Below are positions 1 to 14,500 of a DNA stretch of 37,915 nt, piece by piece. The notes beneath the pieces are model-generated. The model had not been told where the DNA came from. It did no database searches and saw only the letters and a program-made list of their open reading frames with translations. The position numbers and the translations under genes are program-made. This DNA is from Octopus sinensis (Eukaryota): positions 1 to 37,915 of the forward strand of contig NW_021836820.1 in assembly GCF_006345805.1 (NCBI RefSeq). The letters run 5' to 3'. Within the stretch, counting starts at the first letter, position 1; each line of letters starts with the position of its first letter.

Positions 1-84
1 GTGTGTGTGTAGAGTTTTGTATCTTTGTTTTTTTTTTTGCTTGCTCTGCACCGCCGCCAGCCGTGGTGGTGTACTTTAATGACA

Positions 85-100
85 ATAACGCGAGAAAGAG

Positions 101-131
<31 letters not shown>

Positions 132-545
132 GAAAGGGGAGAAAGGGAGAGTGAGAGAGAAAAAGTGGAGAGAGAATGAGAGAGAGAAATGGAGAGAGAG
201 AGAAAGAGTGAGTGAGAGAAAGTACAGAGAGTGAGAGAGAGAAAGGGGAGAGAGAGAGTGAGAGAGAGAAAGTGGAGAGAGAAAGAGTGAGAGAGAGAAA
301 GGGGGGAGAGAGAGAAGGAGACACAGTGAGTGAGGGTAAGAGAGAAACAGAGAGGGCAATGAAAGGCTGAGAGAGAGAGAGTGGGGAAAAGAGGGAGAGA
401 GAGAAGAAAGAATGAGAAATGAAACAGAAAAAGAGTTGAGTGAGTGAGAGAGAGAGAGAGAGAGACTGGAGAAAAAGAGGGAGTGAGAGTGGGAAAATCG
501 AAAAGAGAAAGACAGGGGTAAGGAGAAAGAGTGGAGAAAAGGAGA
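85..545. repeat. Degenerate (GA)n polypurine microsatellite
   Basis: Almost continuous GA/GAGT/GAAA repeats; explains the R/E-rich and S/L-rich ORFs. Confidence 0.95.
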
Positions 546-744
546 AAGACCCCGTGAGTAGGGTTGTCGGAAAGGTATTATATGTCCCAAGATAAATCAA
601 TGCATAGTGCCCTCTGGGATCTATATATTAATTGTAGGCCACAGCATACACAGAACTGTGAGGGCCCCCGCGCAAAAATACCCGGGGTATCCATGCCTCT
701 TGATAGCTCTGCACACAGACATATGTATGTAGAACACTTTAGAG

Positions 745-1049
<305 letters not shown>

Positions 1050-1188
1050 CTAAGCCCTTATATATAATGATATTTTGAATTCGCCTATAATGGTCCTTAC
1101 ATACTGAATACTGGTGAAATTGATTAATAATTAATTAATTTTACCCTCAATTGTTGAAAAAATTATATATATATATATATATATATAT

Positions 1189-1407
1189 CAGTGCTTTTCA
1201 ACCTTTTTGCTGGAGCGGAACCCCAAGGAAACATTCCACTGGCTCGAGGAACCCCTGTGCAATAATTTAATAGTCTTATGCACACATATCTGCACAGGAG
1301 AATTAAAAATTACTGCCAATTTTAGAAGTTTTGTAACTTCTTGCGGAACCCCTGGACTGTACTGGCGGAACCCTAAGGTTCCGCGGAACCCTGGTTGAAA
1401 ACCACTG
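1189..1407. mobile_element. hAT (Charlie-like) MITE, copy 2
   Basis: CAGTGCTTTTCAACC ... GGTTGAAAACCACTG form a 15-bp TIR pair with 1 mismatch. Contains a subterminal GCGGAACC-CTAA-GGTTCCGC hairpin that copy 1 lacks. Confidence 0.85.
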
Positions 1408-1539
1408 CCTTAGAGTGTTACTGAAACCACACCTACTCACCCGAGACAATGAGAAGAAACAAACACGTATTTAACTGCGGCCTCAGTAGATTTCCTGACC
1501 ACAAACGATGTGATGGGATGCGGGGCCGTCTTAGCAGGA

Positions 1540-2038
1540 TTATGGACCATCAGGCGAATCAATGTGCTGAGTGCTATAGAATTTATTAATTTGCTTTAGG
1601 ACAACAAACCACAGCATATATACAGGGTGTCCACAAAGTCTGGGTACATGGGGTGAATAAAATCATAACATAAAGAATTAAATATAAGAAATAATAATTT
1701 CTTAAAGTATGTGTTAATCCCCATGTACCCAGACTTTGTGGACACCCTGTAGATCAGAATTGCACCCTTATCTGTGTGGGTCCCAGACGAATCATTGCAG
1801 CGGGTTCTATAGTGTTTATTTACTGTCAGCAAGCCACAACATATATAGATCAGAATTAGGGTCCTAGGCCCGTGATGGTCCCAGAGAAATCAATGCAGAG
1901 GGCTCTATAATTTTAGTTTTAGGCGGCAAGCTACAGTATACATAGATCAGAATTTAGCTCCTAGACCCGTGAGGATCCCGGGCAAATCAATGGAAAGGGT
2001 CTTATAGTATCTATTTGTTGTCAGCAAGACAGAATATA
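1540..2038. repeat. Degenerate ~96-97-bp tandem repeat (about 4 units), interrupted by a mariner MITE
   Basis: GATCAGAATT recurs at 1752, 1848 and 1945, each unit also carrying GGTCCC...AATCA(A/T)TG...CTATA...GCAAG. A related unit occurs at ~3495-3600. Confidence 0.7.
1623..1749. mobile_element. Tc1/mariner-type MITE (127 bp)
   Basis: Perfect 31-bp TIRs (CAGGGTGTCCACAAAGTCTGGGTACATGGGG at 1623-1653 and its complement at 1719-1749), with TA on both sides (1621-1622 and 1750-1751). Confidence 0.95.
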
Positions 2039-2142
2039 TAAATATAGACGTTGTGTTAACCTCATGAAGGGATGGTTTCATCCAAGGAAATACTGATTGA
2101 ATACCTAATAATTGGGGGAATTAATTTCCTTAAAATAATAGG

Positions 2143-2191
<49 letters not shown>

Positions 2192-2192
2192 T

Positions 2193-2228
<36 letters not shown>

Positions 2229-2857
2229 CCAAAGATAAATGCGATACAATAAAATTAATTATAATCGCCGGTGTACCAGTAATATATAATATGGTGTGTG
2301 TGTGTGTGTGTGAGCAAAATTAGATTCAAATGAATGTGGTACTTAAGTTAAATGCTCCAGAATTTTGTATGGTGTTATCCATATAAATCCATGGGGTGGT
2401 TATAATCAAAATAAGCAACAAGAATAACTTCGGTAATTTCGTACGATCGTTTCACGCTACATCATTTTATTAACTGTTGTAAGTATTACAACAGTTTTAA
2501 AATGCTGAGCACTCATCAGGTTTTCCATTAATACATAATTTTCATATCAATTGATGACATTATAGAGAAGGTAGATATATAGACAAAGATGTGGATTTAT
2601 ATATATATATAAAAACATAATTATATATAAAACATATTATTTATATTCATATAAAAGAAGAAAAAGAAAATGGAGATTGGGAATTTAATAATTGTTTATT
2701 ATTAAAACAAATCAATCATTATTCCTTACAGCTGTTCCAATTAATATTCAGTGAATCTAATTAAATATTAAATTCATATGACCCGAGCATAATAAGTTCA
2801 GAGGGAAAGAAAATACACCCTTGGATTTTTTATATATATGTTTTTATGAATTCGAAT

Positions 2858-2885
2858 CCGAGCAACGCCGGGTATCTCTTCCAGT
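2858..2885 (+). mobile_element. Putative Helitron 3' terminus
   Basis: CCGAGCAACGCCGGG is a bulged GC hairpin followed after ~8 nt by CCAG|T, one mismatch from the canonical CTAG|T. The 5' end was not located. Confidence 0.45.
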
Positions 2886-2904
2886 ATATATGTATATCTA
2901 TCTT

Positions 2905-3193
2905 TTTTTTATTCTTTTTACTATTTTACTTGTTTCAGTCATGCTGGAGCACCACCTTTAGTTGAACAAATCGACTCCACGACTTATTCTTTGTAAGCCT
3001 AGTACTATCTGTGAGTCTGTTTGCCCCCCTACCATAGCTTGACAACCGAAGTTGGTGCGTTTACCTCCCCGTAACTTAGCGGTTCGGCAAAAGAGATCGA
3101 TTGAAAGAATGAGTCTTGGGGTCGATTTCGTCGACTGAAGGCGGTGCTCCACCATGGCCACAGTCAAATGACTGAAACAAATTCAGAATAAAA

Positions 3194-3195
<2 letters not shown>
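2905..3195. mobile_element. Two 3' fragments of the same SINE family joined head-to-head with tails facing outward
   Basis: 2905-3008 is the minus-sense tail (TTACTTGTTTCAGTCA...GCTGGAGCACC). 3010-3195 is the plus-sense tail (...GGTGCTCCACCATGGCCACAGTCAAATGACTGAAACAA). Both match the tail of the 35667-36129 SINE. Confidence 0.8.
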
Positions 3196-3258
<63 letters not shown>

Positions 3259-3259
<1 letters not shown>

Positions 3260-3451
3260 GGACGCCATGATAGATCGTTAGCTCCTACACGCATTTTTTT
3301 TCTCTCTTGTTTTTTTCTGTGTATCTTTCTGTCGAAGAGCGTAGGCTCGAAACGTAAAAGGCATTTTTTATTCCTGAGCGCTATACTAATACATTTGTTT
3401 GTTTGTACTCCACCTGCCTTCGTCTTTTGTTTATTTCGTAAACTTTCCCGT

Positions 3452-3452
<1 letters not shown>
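3259..3452 (+). mobile_element. Short element within (AT)n that carries a hammerhead-like motif; probably a non-autonomous Penelope-like derivative
   Basis: ~190 bp of non-microsatellite sequence with (AT)n on both sides, containing CTTT-CTGTCGA-A-GAGC-GTAG-GCTC-GAA-ACGT-A-AAAG. Confidence 0.5.
3325..3360 (+). ncRNA. Minimal type I hammerhead-ribozyme-like motif (variant core)
   Basis: Helix I is CTTT/AAAG. The core is CUGUCGA (canonical CUGANGA, so U at position 6) plus an extra A. Helix II is GAGC/GCTC, followed by GAAA, a loopless palindromic helix III (ACGU) and H17=A at 3356. Confidence 0.5.
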
Positions 3453-3484
<32 letters not shown>

Positions 3485-3732
3485 TTTTGGCCTCGAGGGC
3501 CCTATATATTTATTCATTGACAGCAAGCCACTGCACGCGTAGATTAGAATTGAGCTTCTAGACACATGAGGGTCCCAGGCAACTGTTCACTGTGCTCGTG
3601 TCTTAAGACGGAACTTGGTGAGAAGGAGAGCAGGGAGGAAGATAAATTAGAAAGAGGGAAGGCGAGAAAGAAGAGAGCAAAAGAGAAAGGGTTAAAAAGA
3701 ACGAAGAGGACGAGAAAGAAAGACGGGTTGTT

Positions 3733-4128
3733 CTTTTCTTTTCTAAGCACGAGGCCCAAAATTTTGGGGGAGGGGGCCAGTCGATTCGATCGATAACACT
3801 ACGCAACTGGTACTTAATTTATCGATCCCGAAAGGATGAAAGACAAAGTCGACCTCGGCGGAATTTGAACTCAGAACGTAAAGACAGACGAAATACCTAT
3901 TTCTTTACTACCCACAAGGGGCTAAACACAGAGGGGACAAACAAGGACAGACATAGGTATTAAGTCGATTATATCGACCCCAGTGCGTAACTGGTACTTA
4001 ATTTATCGGCCCCGAAAGGATGAAAGGCAAAGTCGACCTCGGCGGAATTTGAACTCTGAACGTAACGGCAGACGAAATACGGCTACGCATTTCGCCCGGC
4101 GTGCTAACGATTCTGCCAGCTCGCCGCC
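3733..4128 (-). mobile_element. tRNA-derived SINE with Deu/Nin-like core, tandem dimer form
   Basis: The minus strand starts GGCGGCGAGCTGGCAGAATCGTTAGC (A-box-like), then GAGTTCAAATTCC (B-box-like), then the core GCCTTTCATCCTTTCGGGG..GATAAATTAAGTACCAG. B-box plus core occur twice. A perfect 15-bp TSD, GAAAGACGGGTTGTT, lies at 3718-3732 and 4132-4146. Confidence 0.85.
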
Positions 4129-4348
4129 ATCGAAAGACGGGTTGTTGTAAAAGAAGATGTTTCGTTTCGTCTGCGACGAAGCTGACAGAGGCAAGAACAT
4201 ATGTCGAACAGATTACCAAAAACGAAATTAGATACAAAAGAAATAAAACAAACAAAGAAAAAACACAAGAAGAAAAGCGTTACATAATTGACACAGTTTT
4301 CTTTTGTTTTTATTTGTTCCCTTTGTTCTATTAACTTCATTTGTTGCA

Positions 4349-4440
4349 GCGACTACGACGACGACGACGACGACGATGGCGACGACGACGGTGGGACGTC
4401 GGGGACGGCGGGCTGCGACGGCGGAGGCGGCGGCGACGAC
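4349..4440. repeat. Degenerate (GAC)n/(GGC)n CpG-rich trinucleotide tract
   Basis: GACGACGACGAC...GGCGGCGGCGACGAC. Confidence 0.85.
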
Positions 4441-4489
4441 TCAATTCTTCATAATTTATTGTTTTTTGTCACTTACTTCACTTACTCTA

Positions 4490-5500
4490 CGTGTGTGTGT
4501 GTGGTGTGTGTGTGTGTGTGTCTACATGTGTGTGTGTATGTGTGTGTGTGTGTGTCTGTCTATATGTGTGTGTGTGATGTGTGTGTGTGTGTATATGTGT
4601 GTGTATGTGTGTGTGTCTATATGTGTGTGTGTCTATATGTGTGTGTTTATGTGTGTGTGTCTATATGTGTGTGTGTGTGTGTATGTGTGTGTGTGTCTAT
4701 ATGTGTGTGTCTATGTGTGTGTGTCTATATGTGTGTGTGTATGTGTGTGTGTGTGTCTATATGTGTGTGTCTATATGTGTGTGTCTATAAGTGTGTGTGT
4801 GTGTGTCTACATGTGTCTGGTATGTGTGTGTGTGTGTATGTGTATGTGTGTGTGTGTCTATATGCGTGTGTGCGTGTGTGTGTGCATGTGTGTGTGTATG
4901 TGTGTGTGTCTATATGTGTGCGCGTGTATGTGCATGTGTGTGTGTGCGTGTGTGTGTGACTATGTGTGTGTGTGTGTCTATGTGTGTGTATGTGTCTATA
5001 TGTGTGTGTCTATATGTGTGCGTGCGTGTGTGCGCGCGTGTGTATGCGCGCGCGTGAGTGTGTGTGCGTGTGTGTGTGTCTATATATGTGTGTGTGTGGT
5101 GTCTCTATATATGTGTGTGTGTGTGTGTCTGCTGTCTTTTTCTTTCCTTTTTACTTTTTCTCTTTCTCCCTCTCTCTTTCTTTTCTTCTCTTTTTTGACT
5201 TTATCTTTTTTCTTTGATAATTTTTCTTTCTTTATTATTTCTTCCTGTCACCTCCACCTCCTTCTCCTCCTCCTCTTCCTCCTCCTCTTCTGTATTTTAC
5301 ATCTCATTTCTTTCATTTTACTGCCTCTCCCCCGCTTCTTTCTCACGATATGTCTCTCTCTGTCTTCCTTCCTTTCTTCTTTCTTTCCTTCCTTTGTTTC
5401 TATTCCTTTCTGGTTTTTTTTTTCAATATTTTTTCATTTTTCTTTCTTCTTTCCTTTGTCTCGCCTTTTTTCTTCTCTTTTCTTTTTTCATTGTTTCTGA
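4490..5500. repeat. Compound (GT)n/GTCTAT microsatellite (to ~5127) followed by a CT-rich polypyrimidine tract
   Basis: Direct reading; this is the source of the C/V-rich and F/L/S-rich ORFs. Confidence 0.95.
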
Positions 5501-5561
5501 AATTTAAAATTCTTCAAATGAAAGAGTTTGAAGAGAACTCATTAATAGGAAAACTCATAAT

Positions 5562-8500
5562 CATGCATTTCGAACATTATCATGCATCTACAACATTATT
5601 ATACATTTACAACATTATTATACATTTACAACATTATTATACATTTATAACATTATTATACATTAACAACATTATTATACATTAACAACATTATTATACA
5701 TTTACAACATTATTATACATTTACAACATTATTATACATTACAACATTATTATACATTTACAACATTATCATACATTTACAACATTATTATACATTTACA
5801 ACAATTATTATACATTTACAACATTATTATACATTTAAAACATTATCATACATTTACAACTTTATACATTTACAAAATTATATACATTTACAACATTATC
5901 ATACATTTACAACTATCATACATTTTCAACATTATTATACATTTACAACATATTATACATTTACAACATTATCATACATTTACAACATTATTATACATTT
6001 ACAAAATTATTATACATTTACAACATTATTATACATTTACAACATTATCATACATTTACAACATTATTATACATTTACAACATTATTATACATTAACAAC
6101 ATTAGTATACATTTACAACATTATTATACATTAACAACATTATTATACATTTACCACATTATTATACATTTAGAACATTATTATACATTTAGAACATTAT
6201 TATACATTTACAACATTATCATATATTTACCACATTATTATACATTTACAACATTATTATACATTTACAACATTATAATACATTTACAACATTATTATAC
6301 ATTTACAACATTATTATACATTTACAACATTATTATACATTTACAACATTATTATACATTTATAACATTATTATACATTTATAACATTATTATACATTAA
6401 CAACATTATTATACATTAACAACATTGTTATACATTTATAACATTATTATACATTTATAACATTATTATACATTTATAACATTATTATACATTAATAACA
6501 TTATTATACATTTACAACATTTTTATACATTTATAACATTATTATACATTTATAACATTATTATACGTTAACAACATTATTATACATTTATAGCATTATT
6601 ATACATTTATAACATTATTATACATTTACAACATTATTATTCATTTACAACATTATTATACATTTACAACATTATCATGCATTTAGAAAATTATTATACA
6701 TTTACAACATTATTATACATTTATAGCATTATTATACATTTACAACATTATCATGCATTTACAACATTATCATACATTTAAAGCATTATCATACATATAC
6801 AACATTATTATACATTTACATTATCATACATTTAAAACATTATTATACATTTACAACATTATTGTACATTTACAACATTATCATACATTTACAACATTAT
6901 TATACATTTACAACATTATTATACATTTACAACATTATTATACATTTAGAACATTATCATACTTTACAACAACATTATTATATTCATTTTATACATTATT
7001 ATACATTTACAACATTATCTACATTTACAACATTATTATACATTTACAACAACATTATTATATACAATTTACAATTTACAACTTATTATACATTACATTT
7101 ATCATACATTTACAACATTATATACATTTACAACATTATCATACATTTACAACATTATCATACAATTTTCACAACATTATTATACATTTACACATTATTA
7201 TACATTTACAACAACATTATCATACATTTACAACATTATTACATTTACAACATTATTATACATTTAAAACATTATCATACATTTACAACATTATTATACT
7301 TTTACAACATTATTATACATTTACAACATTATCATACATTTACCAACATTATCATACAATTTACAACATTATTATACATTTACAAACATTATTATACATT
7401 TACAAACAACATTATCATACATTTACACATTATTATACATTTACAACATTATTATACATTTACAACATTATTATACATTTACAACTTATTATTATACATT
7501 TACAACATTATCATACATTTACAACATTATTATACATTTACAACATTATCATACATTTACAACATTATCATACATTTACACATTATTATACATTTACAAC
7601 ATTATCATACATTTGCAACATTATCATACATTTACAACATTATTATACATTTAAAATATATTATACATTTACACACATTATTATACATTACAACATTATC
7701 ATACATTTACAACATTATTATACATTACATACATACAACTTATTATACTTTACACAACATTATTATACATTTACAACATTATTATACATTTATAGCATTA
7801 TTATAACATTTACAACATTATCATGCATTTTGAACATTATTAATACATTTACAACACATTATCATGCATTTTGAACATTATTATACATTTACAACATTAT
7901 CATACATTTTGAACATTATTATACATTTACAACATTATTATACATTTACAACATTATCATGCATTTTGAACATTATTATACATTTACAACATTATCATCC
8001 ATTTTGAACATTATTATACATTTACAACATTATCATACATTTACAACATTATTATACATTTACAACATTATGATACATTTACAACATCATTATACATTTA
8101 AAACATTATCATACATTTACGACATTATACATTTACAACATTATTATACATTTACAACATTATCATACATTTACAACTTATTATACATTTACAACATTAT
8201 TATACATTTACAACATTATCATACATTTACACATTATTATACTTTTACAACATTATATACATTTACAACATTATTATTATAACATTTACAACAAAACATT
8301 ATCATCATTTACAACATTATCATACAATTTCAAACATATTATTATACATTTACAACAACAACATTATTATACATTTACAACATTATCATACATTGACAAC
8401 ATTATTATACATTTACAACATTATTATACATTTACAACATTATTATACATTTACAACATTATCATACATTTACAACATTATATACATTTACAACATTATA

Positions 8501-11500
8501 ATATACATTTACAACATTATTATACATTTACAACATTATTATACATTTACAACATTATCATACATTTACAACATTATTATACATTAAAACATTATTATAC
8601 ATTTACAACAACATTATCATAACTTTACAAACATTATCATACATTTACAACATTATTATGCATTTACAACATTATTATACATTTAACAACATATCATATT
8701 TACAACATTATTATACTACATTTACAACATTATTATACATTTACAACATTATTATACATTTACAACATTTACAACATTTTATACATTTACAACATTATCA
8801 TACATTTACAAAACATTATCATACATTTACAACATTATTATAACTTTACAACATTATTATACATTATTTATAACATTATTATACATTTACAACATTATCA
8901 TACATTTACAACATTATTATACTACATTTTATACACATTTAATTATACATTTAAAACATATTATACATTTACAACATTATTATACATTTATAGCATTATT
9001 ATACATTTACAACATTATCATGCATTTTGAACATTATTATACATTTACAACATTATCATGCATTTTGAACATTATTATACATTTACAACATTATCATACA
9101 TTTTGAACATTACTATACATTTACAACATTATTATACATTTACAACATTATCATGCATTTTGAACATTATTATACATTTACAAACACACATTAAAACATT
9201 ATCATACATTTACATCATTCATTTACAACATATTATACATTTACAACATTATTATACATTTACAACATTATTATACATTTAGAACATTATCATACATTTA
9301 CAACATTATTATACATTTACAACATTATTATACATTTACAACATTATCAACATTTACAAACATTATTATACATTTACAACATTATTATACATTTACAACA
9401 ATACAACATTATTATACATTTACAACATTATCATACATTTACAACTTATTATACATTTACAACATTATTATACACTTACAACATTATTATACATTTACAT
9501 TTACAACATTATCATACGTTACAACATTATCATACAATTTACAACACATATTAACATTACATTTACAACATATTATACATTTACAACATTATCATACATT
9601 TACAACATTATCATACATTTACAAACATTATTATACATTTAAACATTATTATACATTTACAACATTATCATACATTTACAACATATCATACATTTACAAA
9701 CATTATTATACATTTACATTTACAAAATTATTATACATTTACAACATTATCATACATTTACAACATTATTATACATTTACAACATTATTATACATTTACA
9801 ACATTATTATACATTTACAACATTATCATACATTTACAACATTATCATACAATTTATAACATTATTATACATATACAACATTATTATACATTTACAACAT
9901 TATCATACATTTACAAAATTATTATACATTTACAACATTATAATACATTTACAACATTATTATACATTTACAACATTATTATACATTTACAACATTATCA
10001 TACATTTACAACATTATTATACATTTACAACATTATCATACATTTACAACATTATTATACATTTACAACATTATTATACATTTGCAACATTATCATACAT
10101 TTACAACATTATCATACATTTACAACATTATTATACATTTAAAACATTATTATACATTTACAACATTATCATACATTTACAACATTATCATACATTTACA
10201 ACATTATTATACATTTACAACATTATTATACATTTACAACATTATCATACATTTACAACATTATTATACATTTACAACATTATTATACATTTACAACATT
10301 ATTATACATTTACTACATTATTATACATTTACAACATTATCATACATTTACAACATTATCATACAATTTACAACATTATTATACATTTACAACATTATTA
10401 TACATTTACAACATTATCATACATTTACAAAATTATTATACATTTACAACATTATTATACGTTTAAAACATTATTATACATTTACAACATTATCATACAT
10501 TTACAACATTATCATACATTTACAAACATTATTATACATTACAACAATTTTATCATACATTTACAACAACATTATTATACATTTACAACATTATTATACA
10601 TTTACAACATTATTATACATTTACAACATTATTATACATTTACAACATTATTATACATTTACAACATTATCATGCATTTACAACATTATTATACATTTAG
10701 AACACTATTATACATTTAAAACATTATTATACATTTACAACATTATTATACATTTACAACATTATCATACACTTACAACATTATTATACATTTACATTAT
10801 TATGCATTTACAGCATTATCATAAATTTACAACATTATCATACATTTACAACATTATTATACATTTACATTATTATACATTTACAGCATTATCATATATT
10901 TACAACATTATCATACATTTACAACATTATTATACATTTTCATTATTATACATTTACAGCATTATCATACATTTACAACATTATCATACATTTAGAATAT
11001 TATTATACATTTACAACATTATTATACATGTAGAACACTATTATACATTTAAAACATTATTATACATTTACAACATTATTATACATTTACAACATTATTA
11101 TACATTTAGAACACTATTATACATTTAAAACATTATTATACATTTACAACATTATTATACATTTACAACATTATTATACATGTAGAACACTATTATACAT
11201 TTAACGCATTATTATACATGTAGAACATTATTATACATTTACAGCATTATCATACATTTAGAACATTATTATACGTTTATACAAAACATTATTACATTTA
11301 GAACACTATTATACATTTACAACTTATTATACATGTAGAACATTATTACATTTATTTTATACAGCATTATCATACATTTAGAACATATTATTATTAACAT
11401 TTACATTATTATACATTTAGAACACTATTATACATTTACAACATATTATTATACATTTACAAACATTATTATACATTTAGAACACTATTATACATTTAAA

Positions 11501-14500
11501 ACATTATTATATATTTACAACATTATTATACATTTAGTACACTATTATACATTTACAACATTATTATACATTTACCACATTATTATACATTTACAGCATT
11601 ATTATACATGTAGAACATTATTATACATTTACAACATTATTATACATTTACAACATTATTATACATTTACAACATTATCATACATTTACAACATTATTAT
11701 ACATTTACAACATTATCATACATTTACAACATTATCATACAATTTTCAACATTATTATACATTTACAACATTATTATACATTTACAACATTATCATACAT
11801 TTACAACATTATTATACATTTACAACATTATTATACATTTACAACATTATTATACATTTACAACATTATCATACATTTACAACATTATTATACATTTACA
11901 ACATTATTATACATTTACAACATTATCATACATTTACAACATTATCATACAATTTACAACATTATTATACATTTACAACATTATTATACATTTACAACAT
12001 TATCATACATTTACAACATTATTATACATTTACAACATTATTATACAACATTTAAAACATTATATACATTTACAACATTATTATACATTTACAACATTAT
12101 CATACATTTACAACATTATTATACATTTACAACATTATCATACATTTACAACATTATTATACATTTACAAATTATTATACATTTACAACATTATCATACA
12201 TTTGCAACATTATCATACATTTACAACATTATTATACATTTAAAACATTATTATACATTTACAACATTATCATACATTTACAACATTATCATACATTTAC
12301 AACATTATTATACATTTACAACATTATTATACGTTTACAACATTATCATACATTTACAATATTATTATACATTTACAACATTATTATATATTTACAACAT
12401 TATTATACATTTACAACATTATTATACATTTACAACATTATCATACATTTACAACATTATCATACATTTACAACATTATTATACATTTAGAACATTATTA
12501 TACATTTATAACATTATTATACATTTACAAACATTATCATACATTTACAACATTATTATACATTTACAACATTAATATACATTTACAACATTACACATTA
12601 TTATACATTTACAACATTATTATACATTTATAGCATTATTTACATTTACACATTATCATGCATTTTGAACATTATTATAAGATTTACAACATTATCATGC
12701 ATTTTGAACACATATTATACATTTACAAACATTATCATAACATTTGAACATTATTATACAATTACAACATTATTATATATTTACAACATTATCATGCATT
12801 TTGAACATTATTATACAGTTCACAACATTATCATGCATTTGGACATTATTATACATTTACAACATTATCATACATTTACAACATTATTATACATTTACAA
12901 CATTATTATACATCTACAACATTATTATACATTTACAACATTATTATACATTTACAACATTATCATACATTTACAACATTATTATACATTTACAATATTA
13001 TCATACATTTACAACATTATGATACATTTACAACATTATTATACATTTACAACATTATCATACATTTACAACATTATCATACATTTACAACATTATTATA
13101 CATTTAAAACATCATTATACATTTACAACATTATCATACATTTACAACATTATCATACATTTATAACATTATTATACATTTACAACATTATCATACATTT
13201 ACAACATTATTATACATTTACAACATTATTATACATTTACAACATTATTATACATTTATAGCATTATTATACATTTACAACATTATCATGCATTTTGAAC
13301 ATTATTATACATTTAAAACATTATCATGCATTTTGAACATTATTATACATTTACAACTTTATCATACATTTTGAACATTACTATACATTTACAACATTAT
13401 TATACATTTACAACATTATCATGCATTTTGGACATTATTATACATTTACAACATTATCATGCATTTTGAACATTATTATACATTTACAACATTATCATAC
13501 ATTTACAACATTATTATACATTTACAACATTATTATACATTTAAAACATTATTATACATTTACAACATTATCATACATTTACAACATTATTATACATTTA
13601 CAACATTATTATACATTTACAACATTATCATACGTTTACAACATTATCATACAATTTACAACATTATTATACATTTACAACATTATTATACATTTACAAC
13701 ATTATCATACATTTACAACATTATTATACATTTACAACATTATTATACATTTACAACATTATTATACATTTACAACATTATTATACATTTACAACATTAT
13801 CATACATTTACAACATTATTATACATTTACAACATTATCATACATTTACAACATTATTATACATTTACAACATTATTATACATTTACAACATTATCATAC
13901 ATTTGCAACATTATCATACATTTACAACATTATTGTACATTTAAAACATTATTATACATTTACAACATTATCATACATTTACAACATTATCATACATTTA
14001 CAACATTATTATACATTTACAACATTATTATACATTTACAACATTATCATACATTTACAATATTATTATACATTTACAACATTATTATACATTTACAACA
14101 TTATTATACATTTACAACATTATTATACATTTACAACATTATCATACATTTACAACATTATCATACATTTACAACATTATTATACATTTAGAACATTATT
14201 ATACATTTATAACATTATTATACATTTACAACATTATCATACATTTACAACATTATTATACATTTACAACATTATTATACATTTACAACATTATTATACA
14301 TTTACAACATTATTATACATTTATAGCATTATTATACATTTACAACATTATCATGCATTTTGAACATTATTATAGATTTACAACATTATCATGCATTTTG
14401 AACATTATTATACATTTACAACATTATCATACATTTTGAACATTATTATACATTTACAACATTATTATATATTTACAACATTATCATGCATTTTGAACAT

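Noticed and set aside
559-712. Possible decayed TIR pair (TAGGGTTGTCGG... and ...TTGATAGCTCTG)
   Set aside because: Too many mismatches and no TSD.
2061-2093. Hammerhead-like CTCATGA-A-GGGATG-gttt-CATCC-AAG-GAAATAC
   Set aside because: The core is mutated, there are extra bases before GAAA, and no helix I or III could be formed.
4288-5500. Cys/Val-rich ORFs of 223 and 398 aa
   Set aside because: These are translations of (GAC)n, (GT)n and CT-rich repeats.
6960-9720. Patches of the satellite with many 1-3-bp indels (also ~11270-11470, 12560-12760, 15120-15290, 15940-16200, 17130-17420)
   Set aside because: Sharp alternation of clean and indel-rich zones looks like unpolished long-read consensus error, so I did not interpret it biologically.
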